This document shows positions 22,146 through 35,149 of a stretch of DNA of 41,695 nt, one piece after another. Location of the stretch: the NCBI RefSeq assembly GCF_001194135.2, contig NC_068985.1, positions 45,181,614 through 45,223,308 on the forward strand, given 5' to 3'. Below the pieces are notes generated by a model. It was not told the DNA's origin and did not search any database. It worked only from the letters and a program-made list of their open reading frames with translations. A program made the translations under genes and the position numbers. Origin of the DNA: Octopus bimaculoides. Taxonomy: Eukaryota. The number at the start of each line of letters is the position of its first letter. Positions within the stretch are counted from its first letter, which is position 1.

Positions 22146-23741
22146 TTCCTTTTTCGTTCGCAAAAGCAATGCTGTTTGAAGGGTTCTTCAAGTGTTTGGA
22201 AAGAATATATGTCAGGAACCAGACCACAACCCTATGGTTATGCTACTGAAGAATTCAAACCTACACCAAACATGTCTTTAAGATCGCCGTAAAAACTAGC
22301 ACATGATATATCGTCGTATTTTGTCAGACGCACACACACACACATATATATATATATATGTATGTATTTATATATATATATGAATGTAATATTATATAGT
22401 TAGGTTTGGTTTCTTAGTTTCTTTTATATTTCTATATTGTTCGGGTTATTTTAGATTTGTGATATACGTTTTTCTAAATTATTATTTTCCCTCTCAATTG
22501 TCGACCCTTGAGACATAGAGGACATATGCAAATATAATTTCTGAAGGGCATCATGTTTTCTTGCTTCGTTCTTTTTTTATATATTCATTCACATATATCT
22601 ACACCTATACATTAGCAACATGTCTATATGCACATGGACACTGAGGCAGATTTTTTCGCATAATTTTAGGCATATGTGTTACTGTGTTTGTGTATAAAAT
22701 GCATGCATGTGTGTTTGTATATGTATATGTGTTAGTATGTATTTGCGTGTATAAGTAAAAACATAACAAGTTTTCTTTCAAGCATGTTACATTAAGGAGA
22801 CCACTATATCTATGATAAATCAGTTTGGTTAAGGACTTTTGATATGATATTCGTAGTCACTTATGCTTTATTAGGAATAATAGGGATCCCAATTCTATAT
22901 TCCGTCACCGTTTCGAAGCCTTATCACCTGATTGAAGTGATGGTAATAAGTGCATGCCACTTGTGCGCTTTACAGAGTGTCACAGAGTGTCATAGGAAAT
23001 ATTATCATATCTTATAAAATCACCAATTCAAAACTTATACAATTACTATGTCCTAGTATATTTCATAATCTATTACTCTGTTTTTTATTTTAATTTTTTT
23101 ACTTTAAAAGATTTGCCAGGGAACTAGGAAGCTCTCTAGCACATCTATTTGAGGTAGAACCCAACCACTCAGCAAAATATTTCATAACTAAAAAAAAGCA
23201 TTAAAAGTAGATTGCACATCTTGGATCAGCTGTGTTGACTGACTTTTAAACTTTCAGACTCATTTCAGAAATTCTTTGATTTTAGCGTTACCGACGTAGA
23301 TCTGGTGCGATATTCTTCCTACAGTGTATTTCAACAGCTGTGGTGAAATGAAGGCATTGAGGTCATTATATGATGTGCCTCTTCATCTGCAAGTGCTGGT
23401 ATACTTATGAGTTGCGAACAGCCAAATGTTGTCTTGGAATAGATAAACCTGTTGGTAAATTGACTATATCCCAGCCAGCAAAAATGATTTTCTGAAGACC
23501 AGTAAGTCATTTCTCAACACGATAATGTTCCTGCTAATAATACAAAAGCAAGAGAAAAAGTTAAAGAATGACTCCAAGAAAATTATGTGTGTGTGTGTGC
23601 GTGTGCGTTTGTGCGCGTGCATCTATGTATGTCATTATTCAGTTTATTTCAAGATTTCTTGCCAATACAAGAAGAACCGGTTTCTAACCTAGATCCAAGG
23701 CTCCTATGTATGTAATTATGTATGTATGTATGTATGTATGT

Positions 23742-24010
23742 AGGCGTTACTGTGTGGTAAGAAGTTTTCACAACCACATAGTTTCAGGTTCAGTTCCACT
23801 GCGTGTCACCTTGGGCAAGTGCCTTCTACTATGTCCTCGGGCTAACCAAAGCCTTGTGAGTGGATTTTGTAGACGGAAACTGAACAGAAGACCAGCGTAT
23901 ATATGTGTGTATGTGTGTGTGTATATGCGTAGCTTAGCGGTTCGGCAAAAAGTTCCAGGGTTAAAAATAATAGCACTGGGATCAATTCATTCGACGAAAC
24001 GTTCTTCAGG
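23742..24010 (+). mobile_element. CORE-type SINE family B with internal deletion
   Basis: ctgtgtggtaag, ggttcagttcc, gtgtcaccttgggcaagtgccttctactat, then cttagcggttcggcaaaa. Confidence 0.88.
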
Positions 24011-24205
24011 ACTGTGCCCCACATCTTTTGACTGTAAGAAGCAAAAGATAAAAGATAAAAGATGAATGTATTCCTGAATACATGTACATATATATGTCTG
24101 CACACACACACACATACAAACACATATACACACACATATATACGCACACACACGTTTACATACAGGTATGCGTATATGTTTGTATGTGTGTGTGTATATA
24201 TATAT

Positions 24206-24244
<39 letters not shown>

Positions 24245-24634
24245 TGTGTCCAAGTGTGTATGCATGACTCCATGCACAACACGGGGCATCTTGGAGGCAT
24301 AAATCAAGATAAACTTTTGGCTAACAACAAGATGGTTTAGTAAGCAATATGGTTGCAAACTAGTGACATGAAGGTTCCAAATCTTGATTTATTTGAGGTG
24401 TGAAGATTAAGAGGATATTTCTTTTGTCAGGAATATTGGCTGTGTTAGAGAATAGAAGTACAATTTAAAATATGATGATCCCTTTTATTGGAAAAAATGG
24501 TATACGGGCTGTTATTAAACATCATGGGGTCCTCATAGAAAGGCGAGAGTGAATTTTATGGGAGACAAGAAAAGAAAGGAAAGCAAAATATGCGAGATAA
24601 GATATTGCAAACAAGATTTTCTCGGATGGTAACG

Positions 24635-24635
<1 letters not shown>

Positions 24636-24668
<33 letters not shown>

Positions 24669-24714
24669 TGGCTGTGATTGTTCTTGGTGATCTTGGAAAA
24701 ATAATTCCAACTAT

Positions 24715-24760
<46 letters not shown>

Positions 24761-24784
24761 CAGCAGCAGCTGCAGTGGCAGCGA

Positions 24785-24855
<71 letters not shown>
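24636..24855. repeat. (TTG)n, (GTA)n, (GCA)n, (GTA)n compound array (tail side of the adjacent SINE)
   Basis: Visible repeats. Confidence 0.95.
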
Positions 24856-24857
24856 AG

Positions 24858-25049
24858 AATCCTTTCTACTATAGGTACAAAGCCTGAAATTTGGGAGAAT
24901 GTTCGACTAATACTTATTTTATCGACCCCTAAAGGATGAAAGGCAAAGTCGACCTCGGCGGAATTTGAACTCAGAATGTTGCAACGGGTTAAATACCGCT
25001 AAGCATCTTTTATCCGACGTGCTATCAAATTTCGTCAGCTCACTGCCTT
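24858..25049 (-). mobile_element. SINE family A with internal deletion
   Basis: aaaggatgaaaggcaaagtcgacctcggcggaatttgaactcag. Confidence 0.88.
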
Positions 25050-25056
25050 AACAAGT

Positions 25057-25101
<45 letters not shown>

Positions 25102-25122
25102 CGACGACGATGACGATGATGA
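25057..25122. repeat. (GAT)n/(GAC)n microsatellite
   Basis: Visible repeat. Confidence 0.95.
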
Positions 25123-25293
25123 TTTGGAAGAATTGGAAATGGTATGAACATGTACCAAAAGGCGTCACTGAGAATAATGAAGATAAAATCTCGTGAAATT
25201 TTACAATCCAATTCGACTCTCAAATAGATGCCCGAAGACCAGAAATTGTTGTAGTGGATAAGAGGGAAAAAGAAAACTAAGATTATAGATATT

Positions 25294-25588
25294 CTTTTCT
25301 ACTCTAGGCACAAGGCCCTAAATTTTGTTGGGGAGGATGCCATTCTATTAGATCGTCCCCACTACGCAATTGGTACTTAATTTATTGACCCCGTGTTATG
25401 TCTCAAGCTACTGCTATCTAGCACCTTCGGATGATCCTACTTCTTCGCCTGGGGGCGTCGACACAACACCCCGAAAGGATGAAAGGCAAAGTCGATCTCG
25501 ATAGTAGTTAAACTCAGAACGTAAAGGCAGACGAAATACCGCTAAGCATTTCGCCCGACGTGCTAACGTTTCTGCCACCTCGCCGCCT
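25294..25588 (-). mobile_element. SINE family A with 16-bp target-site duplication
   Basis: TAAGATTATAGATATT occurs at 25278-25293 and 25589-25604, flanking a full head-to-tail copy. Confidence 0.95.
25394..25468. mobile_element. 75-bp TG...CA insertion with short terminal inverted repeats
   Basis: Ends TGTTATGTC...GACACAACA, with CCCCG duplicated at 25389-25393 and 25469-25473. The empty site gaccccgaaagg is seen in the sister copy at about 39043-39054 (reverse complement). Confidence 0.8.
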
Positions 25589-26033
25589 TAAGATTATAGA
25601 TATTGCTATACTTTGGGACGCACGCGTAGGTGACAAACGGCCGGACAAGGTGGAAAAATACAAGTTACTAAAAGACCAAATTACAAGTGAGCAATGAGGA
25701 GAGTAACTGTTACCCCAGTAGTTGTCGGAGTACTGGGAGCACTAACAACTAAGTTCAAGAAATACGTTGGAGAAACTGGAATTGACATGAAGATAGAACA
25801 TGTTCAAAAATCTGTTCTAATGGGGACAGCTAAGATTTTGAGATCGGTACTTGGGTATTACGTGTCTTCAACGAAACTTAACATCTACGTACCAAGTCTT
25901 ATAATACGTGGAAAGGGGCTGTGAAAGGCCCTTTGAGAACAGGTTACTGTCCGTTTTCACAGAATTAATCGGAGTAATTATGATCGAGACTTCTGAGAAG
26001 TAAAATACAATAACAACAACAAAAATAATGATA

Positions 26034-26150
26034 ATCCTTTCTACTATAGGTACAAGGGCTGAAATTTTGGGGGAGGAGGCTAGTCGATTACATTGACCCT
26101 TGTGTCTCACTGGTACTTACTTAATCTACTCCGATAAGATAAAAGGCGAA
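26034..26150 (-). mobile_element. SINE family A, 3' portion
   Basis: cctttctactataggtacaagggctgaaattttggggg as in 24861-24895. Confidence 0.75.
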
Positions 26151-26490
26151 GCCAAGGCAACACCTATGTCCTCTCAATGATTAGCTGGAGATGATTTTAA
26201 AAATGAGAATATCTGAAATAAACTCGACTGCTCTTACAAACGAGAATACTAAAAATGAACCCAACAGCTCCCAAGAATTAAGTTTAAAAAACTGGAAAAG
26301 TAATCCAGAATCTTTGTTCCATACCGGATCGATGCCAAAATCTAATCAGTTCGTGCCAGTCACGAGGCTAAACAACTCTGAAAGTTTCATCGGAATCCAT
26401 CCAGCGGTTCTTTAGACATGTGTTGTCCACGGAGAAACAAACTAACACGACTGAAAACAATACCTATGTCTTCGCTAAAGCGGAGACAAT
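26150..26490 (+). mobile_element. Non-autonomous Helitron/Helentron-like (DINE-1/HINE-type) element
   Basis: Subterminal GC hairpin GTCTTCGC-TAAA-GCGGAGAC (26468-26487) preceded by acaaactaacacgactgaaaacaatacc. Family assigned from recall. Confidence 0.55.
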
Positions 26491-26512
26491 AATAATAATA
26501 ATAATAATAATG

Positions 26513-26604
<92 letters not shown>

Positions 26605-26715
26605 AAGAAGAAGAAGAAGAAGAAGAAGGAGAAGAAGAATATTGATGATGTTGAAGACGATGACAACGAAAACGATGATGACGACGACTATGATGATGAT
26701 GATGATGATGGTGAT
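26488..26715. repeat. (AAT)n(AAG)n(GAT)n compound array
   Basis: Visible repeats. Confidence 0.96.
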
Positions 26716-26749
26716 GAAGTTGAAAATGGGGTTAAATGAGAAACGTTTG

Positions 26750-26751
26750 TA

Positions 26752-26798
<47 letters not shown>

Positions 26799-26799
26799 T

Positions 26800-26833
<34 letters not shown>

Positions 26834-27560
26834 CATAAAAAACAACGAAAAGACATGTGATGGTAAAGTGAATAATGTGATTGTTTATGCATGTGTACGT
26901 GTGTGTGTGTGTGTGTTTGACTGTGTTTGTATGTGTGAGTGCGTGTGTGTGTGTGTGGGGGGGGGAGAGATAAAAGAGGGAGAGAGACAGAGACAGAGAA
27001 AGAAATAGACAGGAGAAGAGGTAGGGAGATAACAATTGAGAGGGTGAACAAAAAAGGATTTACGGTGCAGGACGACATGTAATAAAATAGAGGTAATATG
27101 GCGGTGTAGTGTAGTGTATGTATGCATGTATGTATGTATGTATGTATGTATGTATGTGTATATATCTATCTGTGTATGTACATATATATGTATGTTGTAT
27201 GTACGTATGTATATATGTACGTGTGTATGTAACCATGTATGTAGTAATCCATTTATGTATGTATGGATATTTGTGTGTGTGTTGCCAAGTATGTGTGTAT
27301 GTAGTTTTGTATGTTTCTATGTATGTCCATATGTAGGTATATACATGTACATGCCTGCATACAAACCTGATTTACACATACATAAATATAAATATATATG
27401 TGTGTGTATGTACATATGTAGTTGTGTGTGTGTATGTTTGTGTTTGCGCGTGTGTGTGTGTGTGTGTGTGTGTTTGTGCGTGTGTGTGTGTTCATTGAAG
27501 CCATTTCCGATTTCGTAACTCAAACATTGTATAATATGTATGCGCATATATGTCTGTATG
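26750..27560. repeat. CA/TA/TG/(TATG)n microsatellite field
   Basis: Visible repeats. Confidence 0.9.
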
Positions 27561-27819
27561 TACGTGTGTATATATGTATACTGACTAATTTCATCAATGG
27601 TAAAATTCCGCCATGACTGACTCAATGAACCGATAAATGAAAAAAATTGGATGGCTATTCGTCACGTGTCCATAGAGATGTCGGCTGCCAGTTACTATAA
27701 TTGGTGATTTACTACTTTTGGTAGAGAAATCAGTATTTCGTTAAACTTCTTATTTATTATCATTTTTTGGTGTCGATTTTATTCATTATTCTTTTGTTTA
27801 TTATTGTTCATTATTTATT

Positions 27820-27992
27820 TATCACCGGTATTTCTCTGGGCGTATGTTCTGAGTTCAAATCCCACGATGTCAACTCTGTCTTTCATCCATCCGTTGTCGA
27901 TAAAACGATATACTAGATACTTACCGGGGTTGATGGTGCTAACTAAACACATTCATGTAAAATTGCTGGGTTTATTCCTAAATTAGAAACCA
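27820..27992 (+). mobile_element. Diverged SINE family A
   Basis: gttctgagttcaaatccc, ctttcatccatccgttgtcgataaaa. Confidence 0.6.
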
Positions 27993-28082
27993 TTATTTAT
28001 TTTCTACTTGCTATTCCTATTATAGGATTGCTGTTTGATTTTAATGTTTTTCCTTCTTTATCATCTTCATCGTAATTATTAT

Positions 28083-28290
28083 AAGCGAGCTGGCAGAATC
28101 GTTAGCACACTTGGTAAAACGTTTAGTGATATTCGTCTTTCTTTAAGCTCAGCGTTCAAATTCCGCTGAGGTCCACTTTGCCTTTCGTCTTTTCGGAGTC
28201 GATAAAATGCGTACGACTTGAGCACTGTAGACGGTGTAATCAATTTTCTCCCTCCTCTGAGATAGCCTTCTGCCAAAATTTGCAAGCATT
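28083..28290 (+). mobile_element. SINE family A
   Basis: gcgagctggcagaatcgttagc, gttcaaattccgctgagg, tail tgccaaaatttgcaa. Confidence 0.85.
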
Positions 28291-28431
28291 ATCATAATAT
28301 TAATTGTTTGTGTTGCATCTTATTACCTAAGGTATCGAGTAAACAAAGGTAAGCCCAAATTCAGCAGCCCTATGTTACAAACCTTACAACCACGATCCTC
28401 TCATGTCATTTATTTATTTTTTTGCCAAATA

Positions 28432-28973
28432 CAGGGTGTCCCAAAATTCCCTTATGGGTTTCAATTTTTAATAACCTCCTTATCATTACAAATAAATGCA
28501 TGAAAGTTTGATACCATATAAAGGACATAATGGAAATTAATATACACAAGTTAAATTTTGCAACACTAGTTGACAATGCCGTAGCGGGAGATTATTCTCT
28601 CTCCAAAACACTTTCGTTGCAACTGCATTGTTTCTCTTGTTAGATCAATGTATGAGAGTTTACATCGAGGAACCGGAAACCCTGGTGCATCTGAAGGAGA
28701 ACATCAATAGAGAAATCAGAGAAGTGGGATTTGAAACTCTTGAGGATGTTATGATGCAAGTTTTGGAATGAGCACGGGTATGCCAAGCCGAAAATGGCTG
28801 CCATTTAAGCGATGTGATTTTTCATATGTAATGTAGTGGTGTTGCAAAATTCGACTTGTGCATATTAATTTTCATTATGTCCTTTATATTGTATCAAAAT
28901 TCCATGCATTTATTGGTAAAGTTAAGGAAGTTATTAAGAACTGAAACCCATCATTGAATTTTGAGACACTCTG
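28432..28973 (+). mobile_element. Internally deleted Tc1/mariner-superfamily element (maT/DD37D-like) with about 135-bp TIRs
   Basis: TA-CAGGGTGTCCCAAAATTC...GAATTTTGAGACACTCTG-TA. TIRs at about 28432-28567 and 28838-28973. Internal C-terminal remnant RVYIEEPETLVHLKENINREI...ARVCQAENGCHLSDVIFHM*. Confidence 0.88.
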
Positions 28974-28999
28974 TATCATATATCTAGGACTGCATTATC

Positions 29000-30200
29000 T
29001 AATATCTCCTCCGTGTATTTAGACTGCAGGGAAGCAGAAAGAAGTTCAGGGGTAACCGGCTGCTGTTTCTAGCTTTCTAAGTGACGTATTAGTGTATTCC
29101 TTATCGGCTCGCATTATTTTTATTTTGATCTTTTTTTTTTCGTATTGGCAAAACTTGGATAGATGGAGGATTCTAGAGGGAAGATGCTCCGAGGAGAGAG
29201 GATTGAGTATTTTGGTCAGCCAGTCGCCAAGTTGTGGAGTGACTGGACAAGGAGAAGCAAATGAGTTAATAATTTCTAAGTTGACAGAGCATGAGATCAA
29301 CAAGCCTGGATGAACAGATGCCATTGCAGAAGAAGTGAAAAAGATATTGAGAGGATACAGTATATTCGTGAGCAAAAATATTGAAGTATCTTTATGAGCA
29401 ACTAAATGCTAATCTGTTGTGTAGCATTCCTGTGAGCGTAGTTTTATATATTTGTAAGTACAGCAGTTGTGACATCTCAGATTTTAGAGCAGCACTACAT
29501 TGTAGATTTTCCTTAAGCTCATAGAAATTGAGTAATTGAAATGGACTGAGTTATTTTATGATCTTGAAGCTCTATCTTTGTGATATAGTATTTTTCTATG
29601 TTTAGTATTTGTCAAGAGATATCTTTTGTGATAATTAACGCCTAGCATTTGTAACGAACTCAAGGTTTCTAATTGTGCAATATTCATATTTAGGAATTAA
29701 GGAGCTAGTACGATAATGTTTTTTATGATATGATATATGTTTTATATGATATGGGTAGTGACGGTGTCTTTGATCTGTTGACGGAAATACGTTTGATATG
29801 ATTCCCTTGGAAAGCGTTTCAAGGTCTTTGGTCATAGAATGAGTGCATATTTGGTGCGTGTTGTTTAGGTTACAAGTAAATGGCACTTAGGTGCGAACGT
29901 TTTGCGAGCAATGAAGGAAAGGATTATCTACGTAAGAGTGTACGTTGCTTCAGGTGACAGTATGTAGTTCCTATATTGTAGAGACAAATATAGGGTACAC
30001 CACTGAGCCTTATGGGTATCCTACAATTAATGGAAAATGTGTCAGCAGATGTCGCAGTGTTGTTATCTGACAGGATGTTACAGTATCATTTTGATTTAAG
30101 CCCTAGGATCTAAGTGAGCATCAAACACACAATCAAAAACATTTCAGATTTTGAATTGCCAAATTTGGTTTTTCAGATAGAGTATGCAGTTGAGCATTAC
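29000..30200 (-). mobile_element. Old CR1/L2-like LINE reverse-transcriptase remnant
   Basis: Minus strand 30024-29923 reads GYP*GSVVYPIFV...SNVHSYVDN (GVPQGS and YADD motifs), then MTKDLETLSK. Outer limits approximate. Confidence 0.6.
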
Positions 30201-30313
30201 TGCAATACCTGATTCATCTTTTTGAAGTTGTTATATATATATATATATATATATACTAATACATATATTGAATATCATCGATGAAGCCTATTGAAACATA
30301 AAGTAAAGTGAAA

Positions 30314-30530
30314 TATTGGTTTCAAAGTTTGGCACAAAGCCAGCAAGTTCGTGATGGGGGAGTAGGTAAGACTATTACATCGACCCCATGACTCAACTAG
30401 TAATTATTCTATCTACCCCGAAAGGATGAAAGAGAAAGTCGACCTCGGCGGAATTTGAACTTAGAACATAAGGACTGACGAAATGTCACTAAGTCTTTTT
30501 TGTCCGGCGTGCTAACGATTCTGCCAGCGC
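30314..30530 (-). mobile_element. SINE family A
   Basis: ccccgaaaggatgaaagagaaagtcgacctcggcggaatttgaac, gctaacgattctgccag. Confidence 0.88.
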
Positions 30531-31609
30531 TTCACCCCAAATATAAACGGAAATATTAAAATATCTTTCATCTTTGAAGATAAGGTTCATGAATTCGAAT
30601 TATTACAATGCAATATTTTAATTAATTTACAAATTTGTATCAACTCCTAAGACGTAGATTCTTACGTGTGGGACTGAGTTTGAATACATGCAAAATTAAG
30701 TAATTTATTTTTGCAGATAAAAGAGTACCCCTAGATTTCACGGACATCTGCTGATATATATTGATTAGGATAAGGTTCGTGATGGATGGGATCGGGTCGA
30801 AAACAGTTAGGTAGATGTTGGTTGTAATATGAATAGTGATGAAGATGGCTGTTCATTGGTGCTGACGGAATAATTGAGTAGAGGCAATTACTAGTTAATA
30901 ACAAACTCATCAGCCGGGAAAATATAAGGAAGAATTTTAAACACTAAGTCTGTTTAGATTTGACACTGAAACAAAATTAACAAAGAACAGGTTTAAGTAT
31001 GGAGAATTTGTAGGTGAGGTCTGGTGGAGAAGACATTAAGAAGTGTTGGTATATATACAAGTGATGGGGTAAAAGGATCTGGTAGCGCGAGGAGCTGAAG
31101 GTTGAAGGATCTGAAATATCAGAATAGCATCAAGAAGAAACAGCAATCAAAGCAGCGATAAAAGTAACAGCAACAATAATAGTGACAACAACTACAGTAA
31201 CAACTAAATATAAGTGTTACAAAAGCAAGAGCAGTAAAAGTTACAAAAGAAAATGGAAGCATGCGACTGATAGACAAAGAAAGTAAGTGAGGTGCGGGGG
31301 TCTACAGACTGAGTGAACGAAAGTCAGAAAGAGAAGCAGAGAAAGAGGCTGACTGGGCAAGGAAAAGTTCATATACGTCAACAACAATAATAACTAAAAC
31401 GTGAAGTGCAGTAGCACCACTCAGAGTAACAACATAGAATGAAAATGTCGCGGAGTTGATTGCATTTGTGAAAATACTATCGAAGTGACTGCAACAGTAA
31501 TGATGGCGTATTCATGAACGACAGTTGGCCTGGAGCTAAAATCTTGACAACAACTAATGCTCTTCAGACGATGGTGGCCCTACTGATGATGTGTTTGCTG
31601 TAGAATGCA

Positions 31610-31920
31610 TTGATGTTATTGAAAGTGGTGGTCGTTGTGTTGGTGGTGGTAGTGGTGGTGGTGGAAAGCAATGTCAGTAGAATTGATTGTATCATTGGTA
31701 GAATGGCGGGGATCATACCCGACTGCGTCGTTGGTGGCGGTGATGGTGATGGTGGTGGTGTGGTAGTGGTTGAGGTAGTGTGGAGGGGTGGGAGGATTTT
31801 AATGATGATGGTGATGGTGTTGTTATCGTCGGTGGTACTGTTGGTGATGTGTGTGTGTGTGTGTGTGTGTATGTGTGTGTGTGTGTGCGTGTGTGGATGT
31901 GTTGAGGTGTTGCTGTTGGT
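31610..31920. repeat. Degenerate GGT/GAT/TG low-complexity region
   Basis: Visible low complexity. Confidence 0.8.
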
Positions 31921-32130
31921 GATTTTGGTGACTTATGGTTTTGACAGTTTGATATAGGGATTCTATTGTCTGTTGTTTTGACGAAGAATTCTTTTTCGAG
32001 TTGCTAATGTAGATTTTGGTAATGGTTAATGATAGTAATAATGGTGTCGATAACCCGTTTGGGTTAGGGTTTTATTTGGTAGTGAGAGAAGGAAGTTGTT
32101 AATTGTAGAGTCAATGTATGTAGTACTATA

Positions 32131-32296
32131 GGTTTCCAACTTGACACAAAGCCATAAATTTCGTGGGGGGGGGGGATGAAGTCGATTACATCGACCCCAG
32201 TCATTAACTGGTGCTTATTTCATCGATGCCGAGAGATGAAAGGCAAAGTCGACCTCGGCTGAAATTGAAATCGGAACGTAAAGACGGACGAAATGA
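32131..32296 (-). mobile_element. 5'-truncated SINE family A
   Basis: gatgaaaggcaaagtcgacctcggc; tail ttccaacttgacacaaagcc. Confidence 0.8.
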
Positions 32297-32308
32297 ACTA
32301 GTAATATT

Positions 32309-32524
32309 CTTTTCTACTCTAGGCACAAGGACCGAACATTTTGGAGGAGGGGGCTAGTCAATTAGATCGACTCCAGTATGCAACTGGTACATAATTTATT
32401 GATCCCCCGAAAGGATGAAAGACAAAGTTGACCTCGGGGGAATTTTAACTCAGAACGTAGCGGCAGATGAAATACCGTTAAGCATTTCGCTCGGCGTGCT
32501 AACGATTCTGCCAGCTCACCGCCT
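32309..32524 (-). mobile_element. SINE family A, probable TSD AGTAATATT
   Basis: Full copy; agtaatatt at 32300-32308 and 32532-32540. Confidence 0.88.
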
Positions 32525-33292
32525 TTCAGCAAGTAATATTGATGTGTACAGAGATGATGGATTTATGATTTGAAATCTTTCAAGTAGACACAGAGACAGC
32601 ACACCCAGGATTAGAAAAAAAAACAGAAATATAGCATTCAACATTTTCAATCTGCGGTTAACGGTCGACGACACGGAACTTACAACGATAAGTTACATAG
32701 AAACGGGTCTCGGAATCGCATGAGCCTTTCAAGAAACTATTCAAAGCCCTTACATATTGTCACTGTCCACCGATCGTTATCCAGCATCTTCTAGCAACCA
32801 TTAGCAAGAGAGTAACACCATGTTATTCCAAACAAAAAGGACTGCAGGGTATTATAGTTAATTACAATCATTAATTGATATGAATAAAAAATAACGTACT
32901 CACTAAACTCATCTAAACAACTACCCTAAAACAAAAAATACACCGCACACGCAAGCACGCACAAATATGTGTGCGTGTGTGCCTCTGTGTGCGTGTGTGT
33001 GAATTATGTGCGCGTGCGAGCATTTATACAAATTCCTAAATAAAATGGATTTCCATTTGCCGACACAAGTTCCACTTGTTCCTTGGGATTTGGACAGGCG
33101 ACTAAGGATGCTTTAAACTGCTTACACTATCTAAAGATATTATAGCGCGTTCAAACTCAAAAGGGTGTATAGACAACCACACACAAATATTAAAACTCCG
33201 ACATGCATGAACATACACACAGAGACGCACACACACACACACACATGCATGTGTGTGAATGTGTTTGTGGGTGTGTATGTATGTATGTATAT

Positions 33293-33885
33293 NNNNNNNN
33301 NNNNNNNNNNNNNNNNNNNNNNNNNNNNNNNNNNNNNNNNNNNNNNNNNNNNNNNNNNNNNNNNNNNNNNNNNNNNNNNNNNNNNNNNNNNNNNNNNNNN
33401 NNNNNNNNNNNNNNNNNNNNNNNNNNNNNNNNNNNNNNNNNNNNNNNNNNNNNNNNNNNNNNNNNNNNNNNNNNNNNNNNNNNNNNNNNNNNNNNNNNNN
33501 NNNNNNNNNNNNNNNNNNNNNNNNNNNNNNNNNNNNNNNNNNNNNNNNNNNNNNNNNNNNNNNNNNNNNNNNNNNNNNNNNNNNNNNNNNNNNNNNNNNN
33601 NNNNNNNNNNNNNNNNNNNNNNNNNNNNNNNNNNNNNNNNNNNNNNNNNNNNNNNNNNNNNNNNNNNNNNNNNNNNNNNNNNNNNNNNNNNNNNNNNNNN
33701 NNNNNNNNNNNNNNNNNNNNNNNNNNNNNNNNNNNNNNNNNNNNNNNNNNNNNNNNNNNNNNNNNNNNNNNNNNNNNNNNNNNNNNNNNNNNNNNNNNNN
33801 NNNNNNNNNNNNNNNNNNNNNNNNNNNNNNNNNNNNNNNNNNNNNNNNNNNNNNNNNNNNNNNNNNNNNNNNNNNNNNNNNNNNN
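33293..33885. other. Assembly gap (N run)
   Basis: N run flanked by TATG/TA repeats. Confidence 0.98.
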
Positions 33886-33927
<42 letters not shown>

Positions 33928-34030
33928 TATATACACACATATATATATACACATATACATGCACAAACACACAAACATGCACACACATACATATATGTAT
34001 ATATTTATATATGCGTGTTTGTGTGTGTGC

Positions 34031-34069
<39 letters not shown>

Positions 34070-35149
34070 CAGGTGCATGTGCGTGTGTGTATGTATGTAT
34101 GAATTTATGCTTTTGCATGTGTACTTATATGTGTATGTGTGCATTGTGTATTGATCTGCGTATACATATGTGTGCGTGTGTGTATGTGTGTGTGTGAGTG
34201 CGTATGTGTGTGTCTGTGTGTAAGTGTGTGTGATTGTGTTAGTGTGTGTATGTGTGTTTGTAAGCTTGTGTGAGAATTTGCGTTGTCTCAGCGCGCGTGC
34301 GCATGCGCGTGTGTGGTTAGATGTCTGGCTTGTTCCAGTGTCCAAGTATCAAATATCCAGCCAATTTGGAAATCTTCGTCAATGCAAAGCAAAAACCAAA
34401 AGTATAAAAATAAAAATAAAAATAAAAGAAGAAAACCAGGGGAAAAAATGAAAATAAAAGGAAAGAAAAATATAACAAAAATAGAAATAATTTTTAAAAT
34501 TCTTCCGCTTCTTCGCATTCCTCCCATCCACTCCACTCCACTACCACTACCAATACTACCACCACCACCACCACTACGAAACATGAGGATCTAATGAAAG
34601 TATGCATTAGTATTCAATACCACCATATTGCTAATTTTGCTACGTTTGTCGAGATCAAATGACATTTTAATTTAAATTACCACCAAATTACCAGACACCA
34701 CAGAATCGGCACTCAAATTTGTGGCGCAATTTTCTGTGTGCAATAATTATTGGTCATCCATGAAGAGAATATTCCAAGATGAGTCTTTTTGTTCCCGATT
34801 TTATACTCTAAATTACTTCCATTTTATTAAGCATAACAAGAGAAACAAGCACAGTACAATAGCAATGTCTCAAGTACCATCGTCTTTGAATATCCGAGTG
34901 GATATTATTTGTCAGAGCGGAGTTCCTATTCTATTGTTATCAGCGAGACAATGCAAAATGCCTTCCGTATTCTCATTGTTGATTTAAACGAAACAAGAAT
35001 TAAAATCTGTGGTATTGAGCTAAGATCGTCTCCACATATAAAGTCAACCGAAGCAAGAATCATGTAATTCTTTCGCGCTTTGCGTCATCCATTAATAATT
35101 CTTCTTTATTTTATTGTGTTTTTATAAATATTAATAATAGCTATGGACG

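Larger units (their letters stand above)
25124..26030 (+). mobile_element. Decayed RLE-type LINE (R4/Dong-like) 3' end, interrupted by a SINE
   Basis: KWYEHVPKGVTEN, IDARRPEIVVVDKR, KIIDIAILWD, VEKYKLLK, VTPVVVGVLGA, KSVLMGTAKILR, then a 3' UTR ending in AAC/AAT repeats. Confidence 0.88.

Noticed and set aside
23300-23560. Acceptor-like polypyrimidine-AG on the minus strand followed by EHYRVEK*LTGLQKIIFAGW
   Set aside because: All frames hit stops within about 25 codons, there is no recognised homology, and there is no evidence for selenocysteine or editing.
32640-32830. Unique island with GTAAGT/GTAAGG donor-like sites on the minus strand
   Set aside because: No convincing acceptor or recognisable reading frame.
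2630-34345. Long ORFs containing X runs, or poly-I/V/H/T/Y/C-rich translations
   Set aside because: They are read-through of N gaps and microsatellites, not genes.
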